Shown here: piece after piece, positions 39,030-50,299 of the stretch
How the letters are laid out: every line of letters starts with the position of its first letter
Position numbering within the stretch: the stretch's first letter is position 1
NCBI GenBank assembly: GCA_041741015.1
Contig: JBGSKX010000316.1
Span: forward strand, 9,457-73,456
Direction: 5' to 3'
DNA from: Pirellulales bacterium
GTDB taxonomy: Bacteria > Planctomycetota > Planctomycetia > Pirellulales > PALSA-1355
DNA length: 64,000 nt
Program-made: the position numbers and the translations under genes
Notes under the pieces: model-generated
The model's database searches: none
The model's input: only the letters and a program-made list of their open reading frames with translations
What the model was told of the DNA's origin: nothing

Positions 39030-39329
39030 CTATGCAGCAATCTTCTCTTTGGCTGCTTCTCGTTCTTCGTGCTGAGTGATCCAGACGGTCGCTAGGTCAA
39101 TGACCTCCACAAGTTCCTGCTGGTTGCGGGAAAAAAAGTTTTTCGAATAGCCCGTGTTTCCACTCGACAAGCTTTTCCAGGATCTTGTCAGGCTAAAATC
39201 AAAGTAGACATATCCCGCCGGCGATTGTCTTCGCCAGATGGATGCGGCGACCGCACCCACGCGAACCGTGTGGATGGGCGTCTCGATTGCCGAAGACTTT
39301 TTCTTCTTGGGTTCCTTTTGTTCGTTCAT
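39030..39329 (-). CDS. Small putative ssDNA-binding (PC4/PUR-like) protein, paralog 2
   Basis: PIHTVRVGAVAASIW...FSLTRSWKS...SKNF; AAGGAG RBS. Confidence 0.75.
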   Translation of the reverse strand: MNEQKEPKKKKSSAIETPIHTVRVGAVAASIWRRQSPAGYVYFDFSLTRSWKSLSSGNTGYSKNFFSRNQQELVEVIDLATVWITQHEEREAAKEKIAA

Positions 39330-39416
39330 CTGCGTACTCCTTAAAGTCAGATTGCCTAATTCAGGAATAATCTCACAACGGGGAGCGCTACTCAAATTCA
39401 AAAGCCGACAAGTGCG

Positions 39417-40040
39417 CTATGCAGCGACCTGCGACGCCGCGTGTTCGCGAGCAAGCGCTTGGAATAACTGAACGGTGGCGCTCACGTCGCCAAGCGCGTC
39501 ATGGGCGGAAGCGGCATGAAACGGCAGATTGAAGTACTGGCAAAGAGTAGCGAGCTGATAGTTTGCAGGCGCGGAGTCTGCGCTAAAGACAAACTGCCAC
39601 ATGGCAAGCTGCATCGTGCAAAGGACGAGTCGCCTTGCTGGAAGGTAGACCCCATGTTTGTCAAACCACTCCATAAGGAACGGCCCGTCAAAAGCCGCAT
39701 TGTGAGCAACTAGCTGGGCGACCTGATAGGGCTTCCCCTGTGCCGACAGTGCAGGCACTGAGGCGTGGCGACGAAGGAACTCTGAGAACTCCTTAGCGAC
39801 AACTTTGGCGTCTTTGGCCTCGTTGGCCCAGACGCCTGGGTGATAATGGTTCTTCCTGAGGCTGTGTGCCTTGGCGCGGACCGGATCGAATTTGATCTTC
39901 GCCTCGAATGCCTCAAGCACCTCAAGATCGCTATCTACGGCGATGGCGGCCAGTTGAATGATCGGATGTCGCTTCGGATCAATACCGCCAGTTTCAAGGT
40001 CGAAGAAAACAAGTCGCTGTTCCATGGCCGATATTGCCAT
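39417..40040 (-). CDS. DEDDh 3'-5' exonuclease (DnaQ-like)
   Basis: FFDLETGG, AHNAAFD, AHDALGDV. Confidence 0.92.
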   Translation of the reverse strand: MAISAMEQRLVFFDLETGGIDPKRHPIIQLAAIAVDSDLEVLEAFEAKIKFDPVRAKAHSLRKNHYHPGVWANEAKDAKVVAKEFSEFLRRHASVPALSAQGKPYQVAQLVAHNAAFDGPFLMEWFDKHGVYLPARRLVLCTMQLAMWQFVFSADSAPANYQLATLCQYFNLPFHAASAHDALGDVSATVQLFQALAREHAASQVAA

Positions 40041-40070
40041 GGATTTCGTGGCTACTCAAATTGACGATGC

Positions 40071-43000
40071 TTAGGCACATCCTTCCTTAACAATCGTCAC
40101 AAGGCGAGTGCGGACGGACGTTTCTCGAAATGCTTCGGCTCCGGTAAATGCGTCGTCGGGGAGTTGCTCGACCTCGGCACCGACTTCTTCAAGCCATTCT
40201 CGAAACTCGGAGCTCTTTTTGTCGCTCCGAAAGAATGGACCCTCGCTCATGACGGAGACTAGACAACCACCGGGCGAAAGCAGCTCGTAGGCATGGCGGA
40301 TATGCTCGATGTCTTGGCCATTCTCAAATGGCGGGTTCATCACAATGCGATCATACCTTGACCGGTGCTCGACGAAGTCGCCAAACTCAACCTCATATCC
40401 CTTCGCAGATAACACATCGGACAGTGTTCGATTAACCTCAATGGCGTGGAGGTCTATGCCCGGGTGCTGCGAGACAATCGCGTCAACGATGTCAGCCTTG
40501 CCGCAAGAAGGTTCAAGCACTCGATGGTGCGATTCAATCTTTGCAATTTCAAGCATCCGCTCGATCACGGGCTTGGGAGTTGGAAAGAATCCAGGAAGCC
40601 TTTTGCCGATGAGTTCCCGTTCTGCAATCTTCACCGGATCGTCGCCGCGGGCTTCAGCCCGATAATGGAGATATTCCCTCAACCCAGATCGGAGCTCATG
40701 GATGTCCGTGATTCCTGCTCGTTGCAAGCGGCGGTACTTCTGAAGCGCGCCGTCAACCCGTTCTACATCAAGCCCCGCGCCTTTGGCACGTGACAGAAAG
40801 TCCTCCAGAGATTCGATGTCGTGATCGGCTCGAAAGGTTACGAAATCGTCCTTCTCCCGAGCAAGTCGTTTTCGCATCCTGTCGGCCGATTGTTTAACGC
40901 CGTTCTTGGAGCGGCACTGATGCACTAGCTCATCAAGAAGTCTCTTGTGGATCCACGGGTATGGATACTCGACGAAACGAATATCGGCGAAAGAAATCGG
41001 CTCGCCTTCAATTTGCTCAACGCGGCGGCCATGTGCATAGTGACTCTCTGACTCTTCGCGTCTTACTTCCCGAATGCGGGCCCAACGCGAGAGTCGCAGC
41101 AAGGTGTCGAGCGTTTCGATATGCGTTATGTGCCGGATGCCATCAAGGTAGTTTGCCTCGTTACGCGACAGGGCTTCTGCGATTGAGTGCATGGTGCGAG
41201 ACAGTGCCGCCTCGGCAAAAGCTCGACCGCGAACGCCTGCCTGGATGTCAGCTCGGCGGACGGTATTCTGTAGCGAGTTCTCACTTTGTGCGATCGTTTC
41301 CTCGGCCCTTGCAGCAAGACTATCCGCTAACTCGTGGAGTCGCTCGGCTGCCGTCAGCTCCTTTCGTTCCTTCCTTTCGGCCAGCACTTCGCTGCGATCA
41401 ACATCGCCTGATAGAAGCGCAGCAAAGCGATTTGCGTTGTCTTCAGAAAGGAACTGAAAACCTGCGTCAGACTTTTTGAACGAACTGAACCAACCACCAA
41501 GCATCTTTGCCTTGCGGTTTAGCTCATCGAACGTTGCTGGCTCGACGCGAGTCGAGAGGCTTACGATCCACACGGGGCACTGGCGCTTGTCGTGATAGCC
41601 CTGCTTAATCTGAAAGGCATATCCGGAAAGCTCTTCGCTCTGAAATGCGGCAACAGTGGTTGGGCGAGCGGCTGCACGTCTGTCTCGGGTCATAGTGGCG
41701 TGAAGAGCGTCGTAGCGACAAAGTTGCTCGTCAGTCAGATGAGCCTCGCTCTTTGAATGAAGAAACGTACGGAATTCAAGGAAAGTCTCCGGATTGCTAA
41801 GTGATTTCTTTTCCTCGGCCGCGGCAATCTCCCAACGTTCAAGTGCTGCCTCATATTCCTTCGGAGTGACTGCCTGGACCTTCTTTATGACGGCGTCCTC
41901 ATACCGCTCGCCCATGGAGTACGAGACGGTGCCATCGAGTAAAAACGAAGCGGTCATCTTGCGATAGATGTGGGCGGCGTTTTCATCCTTCGTCGAGCGA
42001 TTCGCATCCCAACAGCCAAGTCGCTTTGCAATGGAGACAAGCTTTGGCGCCTGGAAGCGAGTCTTCAGTTCAGAAACGATGGCGTCTTCGCTTGCAAGAA
42101 GTCGCACAAAACTTGACTGGTACTCGGAGTATGGGAGTGCTCCCGCGACTAATGCGCGATGAACCTGCCAAAAGTCGTCGAAGGTGTAGGGAGTCGAGGC
42201 GAGAGGTTCAGTCGCGGCGAGGGACGTGACTGGTTGGTGAACTACTGCTTTGCGGGGCAGAATCGCCTCTAGCCAATCCCGTACGGCGTTTTGATTGTCT
42301 AGGCCGCGATCAAAGACTTCTCGTACATGCTTCTGCGTAAAGCCGCACTGCTTCGCAAAATCGGCGATTGTGTGCCGGTGCTTCCGAGAGAGTCGTTGAA
42401 TCTCGGGTCCCAGCATCGAATGAGGACAGTGAGCAAGGGTAAGGTCTTCTGCGGCATTTGGAAGCCTTAGGATTGAGAAGCGAGGTTCTCCAAAACGGGG
42501 CTCAATCGCGTGAACTTGCCCAGCATCCCGAAGCGAGCGTAGTGCTTTGTGCACCGGATTCGTGAGCGGGCTGGCTGGGTCAAAGTCGACGCAACCAAAC
42601 TCGTGACGAAGGTCCCGAATCGAGAACTCTTGACCGGCGTGCCTGGCCAGAAAATGGAGTATGGCTTTGGACGTTGGAGCTGCTTTGGGCGGTGTAACAC
42701 GATCCGCCTCTGTAAGGCCTCTACCGTGCTTGTCATTCACCTCAGCAATGACTTCGGAGAGCCGTTGACCATTCTTAGGCCTCCTCGAAGAGGTCTCGAT
42801 GGCGGGGTAAATCTGGCTCTTTGCGAGCCATACGCCATTCTTTCCACCGGGGAACCTAACGCAGACTTGTTCGTTCGCGTGGCTAATGCCGACAACCTTA
42901 CCGATATCTGTTTTCTCGTGCGAAAAGAAGACTTCGACTGTATCGCCTCGACAAATCACGAAGCGATGGGATGGCCCGTCAATGTCTTCGCGGATGCGGT

Positions 43001-43211
43001 CAACCGTGATCGTGTCACGATCATGTTTTGCGGCTGGCCATTCGTAGTGGGAAGCGCCGTCGAAGGCGATCTGACGGTCGGGCCGGACAAGGGGCGGGAG
43101 CTTGTTCTCTAATGGCGGCGGAAGCGAAGTCGCTTCAGCGACGTGATCGGCTTGCTCTTGGATTACTCTATCAAAGTCGAAGAAACGTTGCTGCATGGCA
43201 CAGAATGCCAC
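40071..43211 (-). CDS. Large protein with C-terminal N6-adenine DNA methyltransferase domain
   Basis: FFPTP, VLEPSCGKADI (motif I), IVMNPPF (motif IV); long helical N-terminal part. Confidence 0.85.
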   Translation of the reverse strand: MAFCAMQQRFFDFDRVIQEQADHVAEATSLPPPLENKLPPLVRPDRQIAFDGASHYEWPAAKHDRDTITVDRIREDIDGPSHRFVICRGDTVEVFFSHEKTDIGKVVGISHANEQVCVRFPGGKNGVWLAKSQIYPAIETSSRRPKNGQRLSEVIAEVNDKHGRGLTEADRVTPPKAAPTSKAILHFLARHAGQEFSIRDLRHEFGCVDFDPASPLTNPVHKALRSLRDAGQVHAIEPRFGEPRFSILRLPNAAEDLTLAHCPHSMLGPEIQRLSRKHRHTIADFAKQCGFTQKHVREVFDRGLDNQNAVRDWLEAILPRKAVVHQPVTSLAATEPLASTPYTFDDFWQVHRALVAGALPYSEYQSSFVRLLASEDAIVSELKTRFQAPKLVSIAKRLGCWDANRSTKDENAAHIYRKMTASFLLDGTVSYSMGERYEDAVIKKVQAVTPKEYEAALERWEIAAAEEKKSLSNPETFLEFRTFLHSKSEAHLTDEQLCRYDALHATMTRDRRAAARPTTVAAFQSEELSGYAFQIKQGYHDKRQCPVWIVSLSTRVEPATFDELNRKAKMLGGWFSSFKKSDAGFQFLSEDNANRFAALLSGDVDRSEVLAERKERKELTAAERLHELADSLAARAEETIAQSENSLQNTVRRADIQAGVRGRAFAEAALSRTMHSIAEALSRNEANYLDGIRHITHIETLDTLLRLSRWARIREVRREESESHYAHGRRVEQIEGEPISFADIRFVEYPYPWIHKRLLDELVHQCRSKNGVKQSADRMRKRLAREKDDFVTFRADHDIESLEDFLSRAKGAGLDVERVDGALQKYRRLQRAGITDIHELRSGLREYLHYRAEARGDDPVKIAERELIGKRLPGFFPTPKPVIERMLEIAKIESHHRVLEPSCGKADIVDAIVSQHPGIDLHAIEVNRTLSDVLSAKGYEVEFGDFVEHRSRYDRIVMNPPFENGQDIEHIRHAYELLSPGGCLVSVMSEGPFFRSDKKSSEFREWLEEVGAEVEQLPDDAFTGAEAFRETSVRTRLVTIVKEGCA

Positions 43212-43341
43212 GTTGCAAAAGCCTAATCAAGCGAGTTGAGAAATAGGGTAAAGTTGCTGTTGCGACTAAAACCCTATTCGGTGACGCTCTGAAGAAGGAA
43301 TCAGTTCCCTTAAGTCTCTAGTCGCACCGCCACAACGTCAC

Positions 43342-43866
43342 TTAGCCTGTGATCCTCGTAATCGCATATTGGGCGACCTTCTGGACCTTTGCATAGCAGT
43401 CATTGAGTGCTTCGGTTAATTGTGGAACAGCAGACTTTGCCTCGGATCCAATCCTGCCGAGTGCCAAGGCTGCATCGAATCGAACAATCGAGTCGCTGTC
43501 CTTGAGCGCTTCGGTTAATTGAGGAATAGCGGCTTTTGCCTCTGCTCCAATCCTCCCGAGTGCCAAAGCTGAAGTACTCCGAACATTGACGTCGTTATCC
43601 TTGAGCGCTTCGGCTAGTTGTGCGACGGCCGCATTCGCGTCGGGGCCAATGCTGCCGAGCGCCCAAGCTGCCTGACGGCGGACAAATGCTTTGCTGTCCT
43701 TCAGCGCCTCGCATAGTTGCGGCACAGCGGCTTTCGCTTTGGGTCCAATGCTCCCGAGCACCAAAGCTGCCCGACGACGAACTTCGGCATCGCTACTCTT
43801 CAAATCCTCAATCAAGCTTAAAACTTTTTCCTGACTACTCATCTTCAGCTCCTCGACTGAAGCCAT
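43342..43866 (-). CDS. HEAT/PBS-lyase repeat protein
   Basis: Four to five ~31-aa repeats VR..AA.ALG.IG..AK.AVPQL.EALKD. Confidence 0.9.
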   Translation of the reverse strand: MASVEELKMSSQEKVLSLIEDLKSSDAEVRRRAALVLGSIGPKAKAAVPQLCEALKDSKAFVRRQAAWALGSIGPDANAAVAQLAEALKDNDVNVRSTSALALGRIGAEAKAAIPQLTEALKDSDSIVRFDAALALGRIGSEAKSAVPQLTEALNDCYAKVQKVAQYAITRITG

Positions 43867-44200
43867 TCAGCCGGGCGCACTGGTGAGTCACCAGCTATCA
43901 CGCCCTTCCATCCACGGCTGTCCGTCGAGGGAAGTGCGCGATCAAAACCTTTTGCAATTGCAACTTCTACCCGGGGAGGAGGCTAGCACGATTTCGAGCA
44001 CTAAGAAAATTGATCTGGAAGAAGCGAGCAAAAGGACAGGCCCTGCGTCGAGGCATGGTTAAAGTCGATGGCAATTGCTCCAAACTGCATCGCGAAGCGA
44101 TTTCCCAATGGCCTACGCCCCCCCCCAAAATAGGTTGATGCCTGCTGAAGCATTTGGTAAGGTTGGGCGGGCGCGTGCTAGCAGATTGAAGGAAGCGTAA

Positions 44201-44410
44201 ATGAAAAGTGCGGAAGGCTTTGTGCGAGTTAAAGAGGCGGCGGCAATCTTGGGTGTGTCCCCCAACACGATCCGGAGTTGGGGGGCTGAGGGGCGAATCA
44301 CCGAATATCGCCATCCGGTGAACAACTACCGGCTCTTCAAGAAGGCCGATCTAGAGCAGTTGCTTGTCCGTCTCAGTCAGTCTGCGTCGAGGGACGGAAA
44401 GCACTCGTGA
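44201..44410 (+). CDS. MerR/excisionase-like HTH protein heading the RM operon
   Basis: VKEAAAILGVSPNTIRSW...HPVNNYRLF. Confidence 0.85.
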   Translation: MKSAEGFVRVKEAAAILGVSPNTIRSWGAEGRITEYRHPVNNYRLFKKADLEQLLVRLSQSASRDGKHS

Positions 44411-44441
44411 GGCAGACGGTACAGGTAAACGAAGAGGGCTC

Positions 44442-47400
44442 ATGAAGATGGAAGTCATCGACAATGTCAGCGTGCTGCTCGGCGACAAGCTCAAGGCGTC
44501 AGTTGCGCCCGGCGCAAAGCTCCGAATCGCTGCATCATGCTTTTCCATCTATGCCTACGAAGCCTTGAAGCAAGAGTTGGAATCGATCGAGTCACTGGAG
44601 TTTATTTTTACCTCTCCGACATTTGTCGCCAGCGAAGTCACTGACCGCGTTAAGAAGGAACGCCGAGAGTATCACATTCCAAAGGCCGAACGGGAGCGAG
44701 GCTTCTATGGAACGGAATTCGAGATTCAACTGAAGAATAAGCTCACTCAAAGAGCTATCGCCAAGGAATGCGCCAACTGGATGCGGCGAAAAGCGAGGTT
44801 TCGATCCAATCGCACTCGGGCTCCGATGCAGCAGTTCGCCTGCGTTAAGGCGAACGACGCATCTGCCGTGTATCTGCCTCTGCACGGCTTCACGGCGGTG
44901 GACCTTGGTTATCAGCGAGGTGATGCGGTCTCGAACATCGTCAATTTGCTCGACGAGCCAAGCACGACTCACGTCTATTTGTCGGTGTTTGAGCAAATCT
45001 GGAATGACCCGGAGAAGCTTGAAGACGTGACGGAGCATATCTGCGATCACATTGCCTCCGTGTACCAGGAGAACTCGCCGGAACGCATCTACTTCATGAT
45101 GCTCTACAACATTTTCAGCGAGTTTTTGGAGGACTTGAGCGAGGATGTTTTGCCGAATGATCTCACCGGCTATCAGGAAAGCCTGATCTGGCAGAAGCTT
45201 TTCAACTTCCAGCGGGATGCCGCAACCGGGATCATCAACAAGCTCGAAACGTACAACGGCTGCATTCTCGCCGATAGCGTCGGCCTAGGAAAAACCTTCA
45301 CGGCGCTCGCGGTCGTTAAGTATTACGAGCTTCGGAATCGCTCGGTGCTGGTTCTCTGCCCCAAGAAGCTCGCCGACAACTGGCTGACTTACAACCGGAA
45401 TCTGAAGACCAACATTTTTGCCAAGGATCGCTTTGCCTACGACGTGCTCTGCCACACCGATTTGCAGCGTGAAACGGGCGAATCGTTTGGCACGCCGCTT
45501 AATCGCGTGAATTGGGGCAACTACGATCTCGTCGTTATCGATGAGTCGCACAACTTCCGGAACAATGACGCATTCAAGGAGCGAGAAACCCGTTACCAGA
45601 AGTTGATGAACAAGGTGATTCGCGAGGGGGTCAAGACTAAAGTCCTGATGCTTTCGGCCACCCCGGTGAACAATCGCTTCAGCGATCTGCGGAATCAGCT
45701 TGCCTTGGCCTATGAGGGAGAGTCGGAGAAGCTCAACTCTCGGCTCCGTACGGAAAAGGACATCAACGAGATTTTCCGAAAGGCCCAGACCACGTTTAAC
45801 GCTTGGTCGAAGCTTCCGCCGGAGGAACGCACGGCTTCCGCGATTCTAAGCGCACTCGACTTCGACTTCTTTGAGTTGCTCGATAGTGTGACGATTGCCC
45901 GATCACGAAAGCATATTCAGACTTTCTATGACACAACGGACATCGGCCCCTTTCCGGAGCGCCGTAAGCCCCTCTCGTTTCACTGCCCTCTCACGCAGCG
46001 TACGGATGTGATCGGGTTCAATGAAATCTTTAACGAGCTTTCGCTGATGAAGCTCGCGGTTTATGCCCCGGTGAACTACATCCTGCCGAGCCGATTGTCC
46101 AAGTACGAGGCGATCTACGATACCGAAGTCAAGGAAGGGAAGGGGAAACTGCGTCAGGCAGATCGGGAACGAAGCCTGCAAGCCCTGATGACGGTCAACT
46201 TGCTTAAGCGTCTTGAAAGTTCGGTTGAAGCCTTCCGCATCACACTGGCGAAGTTGGAACGCCTTTGTTCTGGAACACTGGCCAAAATCGAAGCCTTCAA
46301 GAAGACGGGACGCGACACGGGCTTTGCCGATGTCTCGGCGGCTTTCGAGGATGCTGAACCGGATGAGGATGATGATTTTCCCGAACCGGATGATGCGAGT
46401 ATCGGCGGAAAGGTGCAGATCAACCTCGCCGATATGGATCTTCCCTCCTGGGAGCATGACCTTGGGGGGGATCTCGCGATCATCAAAGCCCTCCTCATGG
46501 AAATGCGAAAGATTACGCCATCCGATGACGCAAAGCTTCAGCACTTAAAGACGCAGATTCACAGCAAGCTTGCTTCGCCCATTAACCCCGGCAACAAGAA
46601 GGCGCTGATCTTCACAGCCTTTGCAGACACGGCCAATTACCTTTACGAGCACCTGGCCGACGGCCTCGTGAAGTCACACGGCATTCACTCGGGCCGGGTC
46701 ACGGGAACGGACGCGCCCAAATCGACACTCAGGCGCGGCTACGATTTCCAATCCTTGCTCACGCTCTTTTCGCCGCGATCGAAAGAGAAGGCGACGATTC
46801 TTCCGAACGAGCCGGGAGAAATTGATCTGCTCATCGGCACCGACTGCATCTCCGAAGGGCAAAACCTTCAGGACTGCGATACGGTCATCAATTACGACAT
46901 TCATTGGAACCCGGTCCGGATTATACAGCGCTTCGGACGCATCGACCGCATTGGCTCGCGAAACTCCAGCATTCAACTCGTGAATTATTGGCCTGACATC
47001 ACGCTCGATGAGTACATCAACCTGAAAGAGCGGGTTGAGAACCGGATGGTGATCGCTGATGTGACGGCGACCGGTGACGACAACCCGCTCAATCAAGAAT
47101 CGAACGACATCGCCTACCGCAAGGAGCAACTCAGGCGGCTTCAGGATGAAGTCATCGAAATGGAGGATCTCAAGACCGGAGTATCCATCACCGACCTCGG
47201 GCTCAACGACTTCCGCATGGATCTCCTAAACTACGTCAAGGAGAATGGTGACCTAGAGAGTGTTCCAAATGGAATGCATGCCGTGGTTCCCGCCGACGCC
47301 GCACGGGGCTTGCCGCCGGGCGTCATCTTTACGCTGCGGAACCGGAATCAGAGCGTCAACATCAACCAACAGAACCGGCTGCACCCGTTTTATCTCGCCT

Positions 47401-47723
47401 ACATCGCGAGCGACGGCCAGGTGATTAGCAACCATACGGAGGTTAAGAAGCTCCTCGACCTCGCACGCACCGCCTGCAAGGGGAAAGTCGAGCCCGATGC
47501 AACGGCCTGCCGCGAGTTCAATGAAGCGACGAGCGACGGCCGGGAAATGCAGGACTATTCCGATCTGCTCGATAAGGCGATTCACTCCATAGTCGAGATC
47601 AAAGAAGAACGGGACATCGACAGTCTTTTTTCGGGCGGAAAAACCACGGCCCTCGTTGGTTCTATTTCTGGTCTCGAAGACTTTGAACTGATTTCCTTCC
47701 TCGTCATTCAGGAGGGAGCATGA
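44442..47723 (+). CDS. SNF2-family helicase with N-terminal PLD-like region, type III RM-associated
   Basis: ADSVGLGKT, IDESHN, LSATP, EGQNLQ, WNPVRIIQRFGRIDR. Confidence 0.92.
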   Translation: MKMEVIDNVSVLLGDKLKASVAPGAKLRIAASCFSIYAYEALKQELESIESLEFIFTSPTFVASEVTDRVKKERREYHIPKAERERGFYGTEFEIQLKNKLTQRAIAKECANWMRRKARFRSNRTRAPMQQFACVKANDASAVYLPLHGFTAVDLGYQRGDAVSNIVNLLDEPSTTHVYLSVFEQIWNDPEKLEDVTEHICDHIASVYQENSPERIYFMMLYNIFSEFLEDLSEDVLPNDLTGYQESLIWQKLFNFQRDAATGIINKLETYNGCILADSVGLGKTFTALAVVKYYELRNRSVLVLCPKKLADNWLTYNRNLKTNIFAKDRFAYDVLCHTDLQRETGESFGTPLNRVNWGNYDLVVIDESHNFRNNDAFKERETRYQKLMNKVIREGVKTKVLMLSATPVNNRFSDLRNQLALAYEGESEKLNSRLRTEKDINEIFRKAQTTFNAWSKLPPEERTASAILSALDFDFFELLDSVTIARSRKHIQTFYDTTDIGPFPERRKPLSFHCPLTQRTDVIGFNEIFNELSLMKLAVYAPVNYILPSRLSKYEAIYDTEVKEGKGKLRQADRERSLQALMTVNLLKRLESSVEAFRITLAKLERLCSGTLAKIEAFKKTGRDTGFADVSAAFEDAEPDEDDDFPEPDDASIGGKVQINLADMDLPSWEHDLGGDLAIIKALLMEMRKITPSDDAKLQHLKTQIHSKLASPINPGNKKALIFTAFADTANYLYEHLADGLVKSHGIHSGRVTGTDAPKSTLRRGYDFQSLLTLFSPRSKEKATILPNEPGEIDLLIGTDCISEGQNLQDCDTVINYDIHWNPVRIIQRFGRIDRIGSRNSSIQLVNYWPDITLDEYINLKERVENRMVIADVTATGDDNPLNQESNDIAYRKEQLRRLQDEVIEMEDLKTGVSITDLGLNDFRMDLLNYVKENGDLESVPNGMHAVVPADAARGLPPGVIFTLRNRNQSVNINQQNRLHPFYLAYIASDGQVISNHTEVKKLLDLARTACKGKVEPDATACREFNEATSDGREMQDYSDLLDKAIHSIVEIKEERDIDSLFSGGKTTALVGSISGLEDFELISFLVIQEGA

Positions 47724-48424
47724 GTCCAGCGCTTTTCGCCTACCCAAAGCAGGCCGAATTCAATCGAGTGCTCCCGAAAAGCAAGATTTACGAACACGCC
47801 CGCCCGAGCCGCAGCATCAGAGAGCGTTTTATCGCCGAAGTCGATCAGATCGTCTGGAAGTACAAGCTTGCGCCAGAAACCGTAAACCTTCCAGCTCGTC
47901 CCGGCGTGCCTGAGATAGAGATATTTGCCGTCTCCCTCCGAACCGGAGAGTTGAGCGAGGCTGTTTTGCGGACCATCGATAAAGCAATTCCCTTTCCAAT
48001 CTTCTTTGAGCTTTCGCACGGCGAGCGAATCAAGTCCACGGTAGCCTACAAGCGTCCCAGCGATGCCGACTCGACAAAGTGGGTCGTTGACGCCTATTTT
48101 GAGACTTCTTGGCTGCCCGCGGAAAATGGTCGCGAATCGCTCCCCGTGGCTCTCGATCTCTTCTCGCTCTACGAGCAGATCTTGCGGCGGCACATCGCCT
48201 TGCCTCCGATACCGGGTGAGTCACTCAAAGCACAGGTGGAACGGATGAACGTCATTCGGGCGAAACAAGCCGAATGCCGCAAGCTCGAAGTGCGCCTGCA
48301 GCAAGAGATTCAATTCAACCGCAAAGTCGAGTTGAACCGAGATCTACGCGCCCTAAAAAACGAACTCGACAGCCTCTCAGGGCTGGTTGATAAAAAGGAC
48401 AAAGACGCATTATGGACAAACTGA
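47720..48424 (+). CDS. DUF4391 family protein
   Basis: PKSKIY, IDKAIPFP, E.QFNRKVELN; position between SNF2 helicase and mod. Confidence 0.85.
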   Translation: MSPALFAYPKQAEFNRVLPKSKIYEHARPSRSIRERFIAEVDQIVWKYKLAPETVNLPARPGVPEIEIFAVSLRTGELSEAVLRTIDKAIPFPIFFELSHGERIKSTVAYKRPSDADSTKWVVDAYFETSWLPAENGRESLPVALDLFSLYEQILRRHIALPPIPGESLKAQVERMNVIRAKQAECRKLEVRLQQEIQFNRKVELNRDLRALKNELDSLSGLVDKKDKDALWTN

Positions 48425-50298
48425 AACTGCACACGCCTGACTTCACGCAAGAGAATATCGCTCGGCTGGCTGAGCTTTTCCCAAATTGCATCACTGAGGC
48501 CAAAGCCGACGACGGCACCATCAAGCGTGCCATCGATTTCGACCAGCTTCGGCAGGAGTTATGCGATCATGTCGTGGATGGACCACGCGAGCGCTATCAC
48601 CTCAATTGGCCGGGAAAGCGAGAAGCCCTGTTGGCCGCCAATGCGCCGATTGCCAAGACGCTTCGCCCCTGTCGGGAGGAGAGCGTCGATTTCGACACGA
48701 CAAAGAACCTGTTCATCGAGGGGGATAACCTCGACGCGCTGAAGCTGTTGCAGGAGACGTATCTGAACAAGGTGCGATTGATATTCATCGACCCACCATA
48801 CAATACCGGCCGCGAATTCATCTACGACGATGATTTTTCGGAGACATCAGCTGAGTTCCTGCTTCGTTCCAATCAAGTCGATGATGCAGGCAATCGAATG
48901 ACGGTCAACACGGACGCCAACGGCCGGTTCCATTCGGATTGGCTGACGATGATGTATTCGCGATTGCGGCTCGCTCGCAATCTACTTCGTGACGATGGCT
49001 CGATAGTCATTGCGATAGATGACCACGAAGTCGCCACTCTTCGGCAAATGGGTAACGAAGTATTTGGAGAAGAGAATTTCATCGGCTGCATTATTTGGCA
49101 AAAGGTCTATTCTCCAAAAAATAGTGCACGCCACTTTTCGGTCGATCACGATTATCTGCTGGTGTTTGCGAAGCGAAGCGATGCATGGGCCCCTCGACTC
49201 TTGCCACGATCAGCTGAAGCTGATGCCAGATACGAAAATATAGACAATGACCCTCGCGGTCCCTGGAAGCCGAGTGACCTCACTGCACGCAACTATTACA
49301 GCAAGGGACTTTACGAGGTTAAGAGTCCATCCGGAAAGTCGTTTACATCTGGCGTAGGTCGATACTGGCGGCAGTCGTACGAAAAGTTCCTTGAAATGGA
49401 GCGGGACAATTGCATCTGGTGGGGCCCAAATGGCGACGCCACACCATCTCAAAAGAGATTTCTTACCGATGTGCAGCAGGGCATCGTACCACAGACGATC
49501 TGGTCCTATAAAGATGTTGGTCACACGCAAGAAGCAAAGAAGGAGTTGCTAAAGTACGTCGAGTTCAAAGAAAACGAGAATGTTCTGAATTCGGTCAAGC
49601 CGATTCGCTTGATTCAGAAGGTTCTTCAGATCGGCACATCACCGCAATCAAATGATATAGTTGTGGACTTCTTCTCAGGGAGCGCATCGACTGCACATGC
49701 GGTCCTAAAGCAGAATGCAGACGACGGAGGCAATCGGCGCTTTATCGCAGTCCAGATCGATGAGCCCTTGCCGAAGCCAGAGCCAGAGCTCGCGTCGATC
49801 TTTCAGATGGGAACGATGCGCATTCGCAACGTCATCCGTGAAATGCAGAAGGAATCCGAAGGCAGCCTGATTGTTGGTGGATCGTCTCAATCTCTTGGCT
49901 TCCGTGTTCTCAAGGTAGACACGTCGAATATGAAGGACGTGTACTATGCGCCGGACGGAGTGAAGCAGGGTGATTTGCTTGACCAAATTGAGAACATAAA
50001 GGAAGACCGCACGCAGGAAGATCTGCTCGTTCAGGTGCTGCTCGATTGGGGTGTGGACCTGAGCCTCCCGATTGCGGAAGAAAAGATCGACGGGAAGTCC
50101 GTTTTCTTCGTGGACCAGAACGCCTTGGCTGCCTGCTTCGAAACGGGCGTCACCGAAGAACTCGTAAAAAAGCTCGCCGTTCGAAAACCGCTTCGCGCTG
50201 TCTTCCGCGACGCTGGCTTCGGCAGCGATGCCGTGAAGATCAACGTCGAGCAAATTTTCAAGCTCGTCTCCCCTGGCACGGAGGTGAAGGCGATTTAG
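48412..50298 (+). CDS. mod: Type III RM methyltransferase subunit
   Basis: [31 protein letters not shown]. Confidence 0.95.
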   Translation: MDKLKLHTPDFTQENIARLAELFPNCITEAKADDGTIKRAIDFDQLRQELCDHVVDGPRERYHLNWPGKREALLAANAPIAKTLRPCREESVDFDTTKNLFIEGDNLDALKLLQETYLNKVRLIFIDPPYNTGREFIYDDDFSETSAEFLLRSNQVDDAGNRMTVNTDANGRFHSDWLTMMYSRLRLARNLLRDDGSIVIAIDDHEVATLRQMGNEVFGEENFIGCIIWQKVYSPKNSARHFSVDHDYLLVFAKRSDAWAPRLLPRSAEADARYENIDNDPRGPWKPSDLTARNYYSKGLYEVKSPSGKSFTSGVGRYWRQSYEKFLEMERDNCIWWGPNGDATPSQKRFLTDVQQGIVPQTIWSYKDVGHTQEAKKELLKYVEFKENENVLNSVKPIRLIQKVLQIGTSPQSNDIVVDFFSGSASTAHAVLKQNADDGGNRRFIAVQIDEPLPKPEPELASIFQMGTMRIRNVIREMQKESEGSLIVGGSSQSLGFRVLKVDTSNMKDVYYAPDGVKQGDLLDQIENIKEDRTQEDLLVQVLLDWGVDLSLPIAEEKIDGKSVFFVDQNALAACFETGVTEELVKKLAVRKPLRAVFRDAGFGSDAVKINVEQIFKLVSPGTEVKAI

Positions 50299-50299
50299 C

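Noticed and set aside
43342-43866. DNA tandem repeat or array
   Set aside because: The 93-bp periodicity is explained by HEAT protein repeats.
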